A DNA stretch of 64,000 nt, taken from the NCBI GenBank assembly GCA_002281485.1, contig NCGF01000020.1, positions 24,862 through 88,861 of the forward strand, in the 5' to 3' direction. Below are positions 33,601 through 42,182 of this stretch, in pieces. The notes below the pieces were generated by a model. It worked only from the letters and a program-made list of their open reading frames with translations, was not told the DNA's origin and ran no database searches. The DNA comes from Sphingomonas sp. 28-66-16 (lineage in GTDB: Bacteria > Pseudomonadota > Alphaproteobacteria > Sphingomonadales > Sphingomonadaceae). How positions within the stretch are numbered: the stretch's first letter is position 1; every line of letters begins with the position of its first letter. The position numbers and the translations under genes are program-made.

Positions 33601-36028
33601 GCGAGACCTCGATGAAATCGGCGGGCACCGCCACCGCGCCCTTCTCACTCCGCACCAGCTCGAACAGACGGCGCTTGTCGTCGAGCGTCAGCTTACGGCC
33701 GGCCACCGGCACGACAAAGGCGAGCGGCGTCAGCCCCTTTTCCCGGTGCGGCGCGCCGACGACGAGCACGTTGCCGACCGGCGAATCGGGATCGAGGGCC
33801 TTGTCGCGCAGCACCGCGCCTTCGATCTCCTCGGTCCCCATGCGGTGACCCGACACGTTGATGACGTCGTCGCTGCGCCCGTGCAGCGAGAAGGAGCCAT
33901 CGTCGTGCGCGATCGCGAAATCGCCCTGGGTATAGGCCCACACCCCGCGCCAGCGCTTCCAGTATCCGTCGATCCAGCGCGCCGAATCGCCACGCCAGTC
34001 GCCCTGAACGCTCCCGTTCGCCACGCGGAAATTGTCGACATCGCCCCAGATGGTCCGCGCCAGATAGGGATAGGGGGCCGAGATCACGATCTCGCCCTTC
34101 TCGCCCATTTCGGCCTGCCGCCACGGCACGCCCTCGTCGCCGTCGCGCACGAACGGCGTGGCACTCGCTGCCGCGTCGGCATCCTCGACCCAGACGTCAC
34201 CGACGATCCATGGCAGCGGATAGGCATGCGCGTCGGGCTTCAGCGGAAAATCCTCGTTCCCGTAGAAATGCGTCCAGGCGATGCCGCCATGCTCGGTCGC
34301 CCAATAGCTGTTGATATATTGCGGCACGACATGCTGCATCCCGAATGCCTGCACCGAGGGCGAGGTCGGTTCCGCGCAGAAGGTCGCGACCCGCAACCCG
34401 CCCATGTCATAACGTTCGAGATCGGCGAGGTTCGACGGGTCCGACATCACCGATTTCAGGAAGGTCACCCCCGCCTTGAAGATCGTCACCCCGTGCCGCT
34501 CGATCATCGACGCGAAGCGCCCGGCATGCGGGAAGACCGGCGAGCCTTCGGACACCACGCTCGTCACCCGAGTCATCAGCGGCGCGCAGATCAGATAGCT
34601 TTGACCGGTGATCCAGCCCGGATCGGCGACGACGAACAGCGTATCGCCCGGCCGCGCATCGAACGACACCTTCATCGTATGCGCGACGCCCGCGGCATAG
34701 CCATGCGCGTGGACGATGCCCTTGGGCTTGCCGGTCGAACCCGAGGTATAGATGAAGAACATCGGGTAATCGGCATCGACCGGCAGCGGTTTCGATGACG
34801 CCCAGATCGCGCGCACGAAATCATGGTCGGGCAGCGCCAGCAGTTCGTCCTGCGTCGACACCGCAAAGCCCGCCTCGCGCGCCTTGGCGAGCAGCGTTTC
34901 CAGCGCCGCGTCGGTCAGCTCATAGCCCCAGCGGTCGCGTTCCTCGCGCCAGATGATGTCGGGCTGCGCGGTGTGGCGCACCACGATCACCGTCTCCACG
35001 CGCGGCGGCAGCGTGACGAGGCTCGACGCGATCGCGATCCGCACCCGCGCGGCGTCGGCGGCGCTGATCCGCCCCTCGCTCCCCAACGTGATCAGCGCGC
35101 GGCCGACCCCGCGCATGATGTCCGACCGCTCGACCGACACTTCGCCCGCCAGCGTTTCCCTCACGGTATCGAGGATGGTAGCGGCATCCGCCTCGGGCAA
35201 TTCGAGATCGGTCTCGGCCAGGATCGCGAGCGCGGTCGTCACCGGCACATAATTGTCGAGCGCGGGATCGGTATAGGCGTTCTTGAACGCCGCGACCTGC
35301 GCATTGCGATAGCTGCCGTCGGACGTCACGATGACCCGCGCGCCCGCATCGCAGATCCGGTCCGACAACGTCTTGTCGCTGAACCCCCCGAAAACCGCTG
35401 TGTAGACCACACCCAGCCGCTTGGCCGCCTCGGTCCAGTAAATCTGTGGCACGATGCTCGGCATGTTGAGCGCGATGCGGTCGCCCGCCTTCAGCCCGAG
35501 CGCCTCCAGCGCCAGCGCGCATTTCGCCGTCTCCAGCAGCAATTTCTTGCGCGACACGCTGAAGCAATCGACCGGCCCGCCGCTACCGCCCCGCGCCGAC
35601 ATGTCCCAGCGATCGCCCTCGAAAATCAGCGCCAGCTCGTCGCCGTGCCCGCCGAGCACATGGCGGTCGACCTCGCTGAAACAAGCATTGGTGCGGCCGC
35701 CGACGAACCAGCGCCAGTGCGGCGGCGCGCTGCCATCGAACGCCTGCGTCCAGGGGGCGAAATCGGCGGGTAGATCGGCGGTGACCGGCGCGGCGCTCAC
35801 GGCATCCCAGCCGCGCCACCGATCGGTCTCGTCCAGCGCGAGCCAGGCGCCACCGGTACCGACCGACTCGACAAACCAGTGCATCGACCGGGCAGCGACG
35901 TCGCCATGAAAGGCGCCGGGATCGTCGAGCACCGCCTGGCGCATCCGCCGCCAGTCATCGCCGGTGCGGACAGGATTGAAAGCGGCTCGAGCAGGCGGAA
36001 CGGTCGACGGTCGGATCATCTCATTCAT
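30652..36028 (-). pseudogene. pcs: Trifunctional propionyl-CoA synthase (acyl-CoA ligase + dehydratase + enoyl-CoA reductase), interrupted by a frameshift near 31425
   Basis: ACS domain (YTSGSTGKPKG, YWATEHGG, ETRSGKYMRR), crotonase (NPPVNAL, ALGGGMEF, PGYGGTQR) and Ccr-like reductase (EVNFNDIW, IQGYET) in ORF 31250..36028; the rest of the reductase (QVWTRQRRI, GTHLCN) is in a different frame, ORF 30652..31536. Confidence 0.85.
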
Positions 36029-36136
36029 GGTCGATTCGTGGCTCCCCCGTCCCTTTGTTACGCGTTGAACCCGAGAAACGTAATGATTGCAAACCCGAGC
36101 CGCAATTTATGCCCGATGGCATGATGCCGGCGCGGA

Positions 36137-37636
36137 TCACGGCCGGGCGACGTCGATCCGGATCGCATTGCCGAGCAGGACCAGGCGCCCCTCGGCGGTG
36201 CGAACCACCGGGCGGATGATCGACCGCCCCGATGGTGGCGCGATCCTGACCGACAGGTGCCCGGCCTCATCGAAGAAGCGATCGCCGACCCGCTGATCGT
36301 TGACGATCAGCTCGACGCGGTAGTGACCGCGCAGCCGCACGGTCACCGTCACGTCGAAGCCGGTCCCGGCGGGGGCCGATATCGTCTCCCCCATGCGGCC
36401 TTCGACGGCAACCGACGTTGCCACGACATCGAGCAGACTGCCGGCGCCAGCATCCATGTCGACGAACACCCGGCCGCGGCGGATCCCGTCGAGAATCGCT
36501 TGTTGGGTCAGCGCCGACGCCTCGACGACGGTGGTCGGCCGGCCGATCGCGCCGGGCGTCTCGCCCGGCTGGGTCGCGTCGTGATTGTCGCTGCCGCCGA
36601 TCGCCGTCACCGGCGCGTCGGCAACCGCGCGGGCCCAGAATCCGATCCCCGAAAAGGCGCCGTCAGGCGTGCCCCCGGCCCGCCATGCGCCGCCATTGAC
36701 GGCCTCGATCGCATCGACCCCGATCGCCGCCGGGCCCGGCATCGCCCAGCCACAGCCCATGCAGATCTCGCCCGAAGGCAATGCCGGATGGTTGATCGAA
36801 ACCAGCCCGCCCAGCGCATGCACGCGATCGACCGTCGCCGCGAACGACCGCCCGCCGGCGCCGATCCGGAAATCGATCGGCTCGCTGACGCCGAAGACGT
36901 TGAAGTGGCCGAAAAAGGTCGTCACTTCCTGCCCTGGAATGAGCAACAGGCGATCGAATAACGGTTGCAGCGCGCGCGCGGCGTCGAGCTGGCTCACCGT
37001 GTTGTGATCGGTGATCGCGATGAAATCGAGCCCCCGCGCCGATGCCGCCTCGAGCGTTTTGACCAGCGGGCACGGCACTTTCGCGCCCGACTGGCTCGCG
37101 CAAACCCCATCGCTGTGCGCGCTGTGGAGATGCAGGTCGCCGCGATACCAGCCGGGGCCGCGATCGACGACCGGCGCGGCGGGCGACGGTTCGCCCGGCT
37201 TCAGGAACCACAGCCGCGCCCGCCAGTGGGCGGTGACTCCGGCGCGGATGTTGGGGACGGCCAGCGCCAGCAGCCAGCGGCCCGGCGCGATCCGTCCGGC
37301 GAGATAGGCGGGCGTCGCGTCGCTCGCGCTGATCGTCAGCTCCGCCTTGTTGCCACCGCTGGCGCCGCGAAACCCGCGCGCGTCGCGCACGCCAAGGTCG
37401 ATCACGGTCTTCTGATCGCGGCCATCATGATCAAAGGCAATGACGAGCCGGGTCGTCCCGCGCGGCACGATGAAGGGGACGTCGCGATAATGCTGATGAT
37501 CTGCCCGGGTGATCGTGCCGGCGAGAATGCGATCGGGCGATCGCGCCGGAACCTGCGCGGAGACAGCCCCCGCCGCTGCTGCCACCCCCACCCAAAGCAG
37601 CATCCACCGGATCGACGTCACGCATAGCAACTTCAT
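36137..37636 (-). CDS. Secreted PHP-domain metallohydrolase (CehA/McbA-like)
   Basis: Signal peptide; GWYRGDLHLHSAHSDG, ITDHN, INHP, GGSDNH. Confidence 0.85.
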   Translation of the reverse strand: MKLLCVTSIRWMLLWVGVAAAAGAVSAQVPARSPDRILAGTITRADHQHYRDVPFIVPRGTTRLVIAFDHDGRDQKTVIDLGVRDARGFRGASGGNKAELTISASDATPAYLAGRIAPGRWLLALAVPNIRAGVTAHWRARLWFLKPGEPSPAAPVVDRGPGWYRGDLHLHSAHSDGVCASQSGAKVPCPLVKTLEAASARGLDFIAITDHNTVSQLDAARALQPLFDRLLLIPGQEVTTFFGHFNVFGVSEPIDFRIGAGGRSFAATVDRVHALGGLVSINHPALPSGEICMGCGWAMPGPAAIGVDAIEAVNGGAWRAGGTPDGAFSGIGFWARAVADAPVTAIGGSDNHDATQPGETPGAIGRPTTVVEASALTQQAILDGIRRGRVFVDMDAGAGSLLDVVATSVAVEGRMGETISAPAGTGFDVTVTVRLRGHYRVELIVNDQRVGDRFFDEAGHLSVRIAPPSGRSIIRPVVRTAEGRLVLLGNAIRIDVARP

Positions 37637-37668
37637 TTCAAGCTCCCGTCGAACCGGCGGCGGCAGGA

Positions 37669-38910
37669 TCAGCCCGCGAGCGCGCCCAAGGCCGCGAGCA
37701 AGCGATCGACCTCTCCGGCGGTGTTGTAATGGCACAGCCCGACCCGGACGAGCCCACCGCGATCGGCAAGCCCCAACCGTGCCAACGGCTCAACCGCATA
37801 GAAATGCCCCGACCACGCGAAAATGCCCTGCGCGGCGAGATGAGCGGCGACCGCATCGGGATGATGCCCCTCGACCGTGAAGGCGAAGGTCGGGACCCGG
37901 CCCGTCATCGTCGGCGGCCCATAAAGTCGCACGCCGTTGAGCCGGGCCAGCCCGGCGAGCAGTCGATCGCCCAGATCGCGCTCATACTCGACGCACGCGG
38001 CAAGCGCCGCCAGGAGGCGCGCCCTGCGGTCACCCGCGCCCGGTTCGACCAACCCGCCGAGCGAGGCAAGATATTCGATCGTTCCGAGGACGGCGCCCTG
38101 CGCCTCGAACGAGGGCGTCCCGGTCTCGAGCCGATGCGCCGGCGGCATCGCCGATGCCGGTCGCACCTTGTAGACGTCGAGATTGCCGATCAGCTCGGCG
38201 CGCGCCCAGAGCACGCCCTGGTGCGGCCCGAAGAACTTGTAGGGCGAGCAGGCCAGCATGTCGCATCCGAGCGCACCGACATCGACCGGGACATGCGGCA
38301 CCGACTGGACGCCGTCGACAAAGACCAGCGCCGCGCTGCCCGCCCGCACCATCCGAACGACCGCCGCGATGTCGGTCAGCGTGCCGAGCGCGTTGCTCGC
38401 CCCGCCGACCGCAACGAGCCGCGTGCGGGGCGAAAGCAGGTCGGGCAACATCTCGATGCGGAGCACCCCGCGATCCGGATCGAGATCGATCCAGCGCACC
38501 GTCACCCCGGCGTCGCGCGCGGCCAGCAGCCAGGGCGCGACATTGGCATCGTGATCGAGCCGGGAGAGGATGATCTCGTCCCCGGCCGCCCAGGTCCGCG
38601 CCAGCGCACGCGACACCGCCAGCGTGAGCGACGTCATGTTCGGGCCGAACGCGATTTCGTCGGCCGTGCCGCCGAGCAGATCGGCCATCGCCACATGCGC
38701 GGCATGGCTCAGCGCATCGGTTTCGACCGAGGTGATGAACGCGCCACCCGAATTGGCGGTGCCCCCTTGCAGATGCGCGACCATGCGCGCGATCGCCGGC
38801 GCGCAGATCTGCGTGCCGCCGGGCGCATCGAAATAGACTCGGGGGCGACCATCGTCGCAGACGGCAAGTGCCGGAAACTGGGCGCGGACGGCATCGATGG
38901 GAAATCGCAT
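37669..38910 (-). CDS. Cysteine desulfurase-like PLP aminotransferase class V
   Basis: YFDAPGGTQ, LDHDAN, ASNALG, CSPYKFFGPH, ETGT. Confidence 0.88.
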   Translation of the reverse strand: MRFPIDAVRAQFPALAVCDDGRPRVYFDAPGGTQICAPAIARMVAHLQGGTANSGGAFITSVETDALSHAAHVAMADLLGGTADEIAFGPNMTSLTLAVSRALARTWAAGDEIILSRLDHDANVAPWLLAARDAGVTVRWIDLDPDRGVLRIEMLPDLLSPRTRLVAVGGASNALGTLTDIAAVVRMVRAGSAALVFVDGVQSVPHVPVDVGALGCDMLACSPYKFFGPHQGVLWARAELIGNLDVYKVRPASAMPPAHRLETGTPSFEAQGAVLGTIEYLASLGGLVEPGAGDRRARLLAALAACVEYERDLGDRLLAGLARLNGVRLYGPPTMTGRVPTFAFTVEGHHPDAVAAHLAAQGIFAWSGHFYAVEPLARLGLADRGGLVRVGLCHYNTAGEVDRLLAALGALAG

Positions 38911-38964
38911 GGCGCCCGGTCTAGCGGATTATCGCCGGGACGGAAGCAATCGAATCGAAGAGAA

Positions 38965-39040
38965 TGGTGGAGCCGTGGGGGATCGAACCCCAGACCTCTG
39001 CAATGCCATCGCAGCGCTCTCCCAGCTGAGCTACGGCCCC
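38965..39040 (-). tRNA. tRNA-Ala(GGC)
   Basis: Reverse complement GGGGCCGTAGCTCAGCTGGGAGAGCGCTGCGATGGCATTGCAGAGGTCTGGGGTTCGATCCCCCACGGCTCCACCA; G3-U70 pair, anticodon GGC. Confidence 0.97.
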
Positions 39041-39123
39041 ATCCTGTTCGCTAAGAGGCATCGCCATTATCCAAGCGATGCCTCCTTTGCAAGTAACGCT
39101 TTGCGCGTTTTTTAGCGACGCGC

Positions 39124-39447
39124 TTAGCGCTCTTCCTCGTCGTTCGAGGTTTCCACGCCGAGATCGTCGTCGCCGCCGAGATCGACCTCGTCATCGGGCG
39201 AGGGCTCTTCGTCTTCGCCGGTGATGTCCAGATCCTCGTCGTCGCCGGCGAGATCGTCGTCATCCTTCTTGGCCACGACGGTCTTGGGCGCGTCGAACGG
39301 CAGCGGCTGCTTCGACTTCAGAATCGGCTCGGGCTCCCAAGCCTGGCCGCACTCGATGCAGGTGACGGGATCGTCCTTGCCGAGATCATAGAAACGCGTT
39401 GCGCATTTCGGGCACGTTCGCTTCGTGCCCCATTCCGGTTTCACCAT
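39124..39447 (-). CDS. TIGR02300 / FYDLN acidic Zn-ribbon protein
   Basis: WGTKRTCPKCATRFYDL...CIEC plus a very acidic tail. Confidence 0.9.
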   Translation of the reverse strand: MVKPEWGTKRTCPKCATRFYDLGKDDPVTCIECGQAWEPEPILKSKQPLPFDAPKTVVAKKDDDDLAGDDEDLDITGEDEEPSPDDEVDLGGDDDLGVETSNDEEER

Positions 39448-39546
39448 GAGGTGCTTGACCTTTCGAAGATGGGATTTTGTGGCTGTTGAGCCGCAAAGTG
39501 GGGCGCGCCTTGCCATAGCGCAAGCGCACTGTCAAAGCCGCCGCCG

Positions 39547-40881
39547 ATGACGCCCCACCCTCCCTTGCCCCGATCGTTCGTCGCCGGTGGCCCGCTTGCG
39601 GGCACGATGACCGTGCCAGGCGACAAATCGATCAGCCACCGCGCGCTGATGCTGGCGGCGCTCGCGGTCGGCACCAGCCGGATCGAGGGACTGCTCGAAG
39701 GCGAGGATGTGCTCGCGACCGCGGCGGCGCTGCGGGCGATGGGCGCACGTATCGAGCGGCTCGGCGACGGCGTGTGGCAGGTCGACGGGGTCGGCGTCGG
39801 TGGCCTGCTCCAGCCGCAACAGGCGCTCGACATGGGCAATTCGGGCACCTCGACGCGGCTGCTGATGGGGCTCGTCGCGAGCCACCCGATCACCGTCACG
39901 TTCATCGGTGACGCCTCGCTCTCGACGCGTCCGATGGGTCGCGTGATCGCGCCGCTCGCGCAGATGGGCGCCGACATCACCGCCAGTCCGGGCGGGACGC
40001 TGCCGCTGATGGTGCGCGGCATCTGCCCCGCCGTGCCGATCGAATACACGCTCCCGGTCGCCTCGGCGCAGGTCAAATCGGCGGTGCTGCTCGCCGGGCT
40101 CAACACGCCGGGGATCACCCGGGTGATCGAGCCGGTGGCGACCCGCGATCACAGCGAGCGGATGCTGCGCGGCTTCGGCGCCGTGCTGACCGTCGAGCAC
40201 ACCGATCAGGGCCGGATCATCGCGATCACCGGCGAGGCCGAGCTCAGGCCGCAATCGATCACCGTGCCTGGCGACCCTTCGTCGGCGGCGTTCTTCGCGG
40301 TCGCGGCGTCGATCGTGCCGGGATCTGACGTGCTGATCGCCAATGTCGGCCTCAATGTCACCCGCACCGGGCTGTTCGGAGCGCTGCGAATGATGGGTGC
40401 CGAGATTACCCGGGAAAATCCCCGCGAGGTCGGCGGCGAGCCGGTCGCCGATCTGCGCGTGCGCCACGCCGTGCTGCGCGGGATCGAAGTGCCGCCCGAT
40501 CTCGCGCCGAGTATGATCGACGAATATCCGATCCTGTTCGTCGCGGCCGCGCTTGCCGAGGGTCGCACCCTCGCACGCGGGGCGCATGAGCTGCGCGTCA
40601 AGGAATCGGACCGGATCGCGACGATGGCGGCAGCGCTCCGCGCGATCGGCGCGGCGGTCGAGGAATTCGACGACGGCCTCGCCATCACCGGCAGCGGCGG
40701 CGCCGCGCTTGCCGGCGGCGCGACGATCGCCACCCGGCTCGATCACCGTATCGCGATGAGCCTCGCCGTCGCCGGGCTGGTTTCGCGCGCGCCGGTGACG
40801 CTCGACGATGCCTCCCCCGTCGCCACCAGCTTTCCCGCGTTTTTCGACACGCTTGACGCGCTGGCCGGTGGCAGGGTTTGA
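39547..40881 (+). CDS. aroA: 3-phosphoshikimate 1-carboxyvinyltransferase
   Basis: [35 protein letters not shown]. Confidence 0.96.
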   Translation: MTPHPPLPRSFVAGGPLAGTMTVPGDKSISHRALMLAALAVGTSRIEGLLEGEDVLATAAALRAMGARIERLGDGVWQVDGVGVGGLLQPQQALDMGNSGTSTRLLMGLVASHPITVTFIGDASLSTRPMGRVIAPLAQMGADITASPGGTLPLMVRGICPAVPIEYTLPVASAQVKSAVLLAGLNTPGITRVIEPVATRDHSERMLRGFGAVLTVEHTDQGRIIAITGEAELRPQSITVPGDPSSAAFFAVAASIVPGSDVLIANVGLNVTRTGLFGALRMMGAEITRENPREVGGEPVADLRVRHAVLRGIEVPPDLAPSMIDEYPILFVAAALAEGRTLARGAHELRVKESDRIATMAAALRAIGAAVEEFDDGLAITGSGGAALAGGATIATRLDHRIAMSLAVAGLVSRAPVTLDDASPVATSFPAFFDTLDALAGGRV

Positions 40882-40888
40882 TCGCGCG

Positions 40889-41521
40889 ATGATCATCGCC
40901 GTCGACGGACCCGCCGCCTCGGGCAAGGGCACCATCGCCCGCGCGCTGGCACGCCATTATGGCGTGCCGCATCTCGATACCGGGCTGCTCTACCGCGCCG
41001 TGGCGCTGTCGGTGCTGCGGCACGAGCTCGATCCCGAAAAAGAGGCCGACGCGATCGCCGCATGTGATTTCGACGATTCCCTGCTCGCCGATCCCGCGCT
41101 GCGCAGCGACGAGATCGGCAAGACCGCCTCGATCGTCTCGGCGCACCCTTTGGTGCGCGCGGCATTGCTCCACCGCCAGCGCCGCTTCGCCAACCAGCCG
41201 GGCGGCGCGGTGCTCGACGGGCGCGACATCGGCACGGTGATCGCGCCTCAGGCCGACGCCAAATTATTCGTCAAGGCCACCCCGCAGATCCGCGCCAAGC
41301 GCCGCCATGCCGAATTGCGCGCGGCGGGATCGACGGTGAGCCTCGACAAGGTGCTCGCCGATATCCGCGCGCGCGACCTGCGCGACACCGGCCGCGCCGC
41401 CGCCCCCCTGGTGATGGCAAGCGACGCGAACCTGCTCGACACGAGCTTTTTGTCGATCGAGAACGCCGTCGAGCGCGCGATCGAGCTGGTCGAGGCGCGG
41501 CTTCGCTCCAACGGCGCATGA
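40889..41521 (+). CDS. cmk: Cytidylate kinase
   Basis: AVDGPAASGKGT, LDTGLLYR, LDGRDIGTV. Confidence 0.95.
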   Translation: MIIAVDGPAASGKGTIARALARHYGVPHLDTGLLYRAVALSVLRHELDPEKEADAIAACDFDDSLLADPALRSDEIGKTASIVSAHPLVRAALLHRQRRFANQPGGAVLDGRDIGTVIAPQADAKLFVKATPQIRAKRRHAELRAAGSTVSLDKVLADIRARDLRDTGRAAAPLVMASDANLLDTSFLSIENAVERAIELVEARLRSNGA

Positions 41522-41572
41522 AGTGCGGGGCGCCTGATGACAGGCCCGTCGCGGGCCGCTAAGGGCCGCGGG

Positions 41573-41977
41573 ATGAACGGGCTTCGCCAGCAGTTATCGA
41601 GCCACCGGCGGCTTGCCGCAGTGTGGCTGCTGCTGGCGCTGGCGATGAAGCTGGCGGTACCCGCCGGCTTCATGCCGGTGATGGCCGGCGACGGGATCAC
41701 GATCGAGATCTGCTCCGGCACCGGCCCGGCCACCAGCATGGTGATGCCGATGCCGGGGATGAAGCATCGCCCCGGCGAGGCCGAGCATGGCAAGGCCGAA
41801 AGCCCCTGCGCCTTTGCCGGCCTGACCGCGCCGGCGCTGGGCGGCGCCGATCCGATCCAGCTCGTGATCGCGATCGCCGTGGTTCTGGCGCTCGCGCTGA
41901 TGGCGGCGCCAGCCTTTGCGGTGCGCGACCTCGCCCATCTCCGTCCCCCGTCGCGCGGGCCGCCCGCGCGCCACTGA
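41573..41977 (+). CDS. DUF2946 family protein (CruR-like regulatory leader)
   Basis: N-terminal TM, PAGFMP, EICSGTG, Met/His-rich loop, PCAF, second hydrophobic segment, C-terminal RPPSRGPP. Confidence 0.8.
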   Translation: MNGLRQQLSSHRRLAAVWLLLALAMKLAVPAGFMPVMAGDGITIEICSGTGPATSMVMPMPGMKHRPGEAEHGKAESPCAFAGLTAPALGGADPIQLVIAIAVVLALALMAAPAFAVRDLAHLRPPSRGPPARH

Positions 41978-42182
41978 CCGGGGAAATCGCGACGAGCGTC
42001 GCGAGGCTCGTTCCGATCGCTGATCCAGCCCGACGGCATCGCCTCAACCCGACCCTTGCGGTCGAGGGAGGCGCGCGGTCGGGTCGCCGATTGCCCCCGA
42101 CAGACCCGATCCCGTCGCCCTGGCCCTGCGGCCATGGGTATTTCCGCACGCGGCAGCGCCGCCTAGCGAACAGGTTTTTGTC

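Noticed and set aside
28110-34798. Long plus-strand ORFs (829 aa, 968 aa) opposite mcr/pcs, and many similar shadow ORFs across the window
   Set aside because: Antisense or alternate-frame artefacts of high-GC codon bias, with no motifs, lying opposite clear genes
25903-36028. Complete autotrophic 3-hydroxypropionate bicycle
   Set aside because: Only the first-half enzymes are present in the window, and pcs is interrupted
38339-38351. 13-nt match (CCCGCCCGCACCA) to the tRNA-Leu 3' end as a possible att site
   Set aside because: Lies inside an intact CDS, is GC-rich and would enclose core genes (aroA, rpsA); chance match
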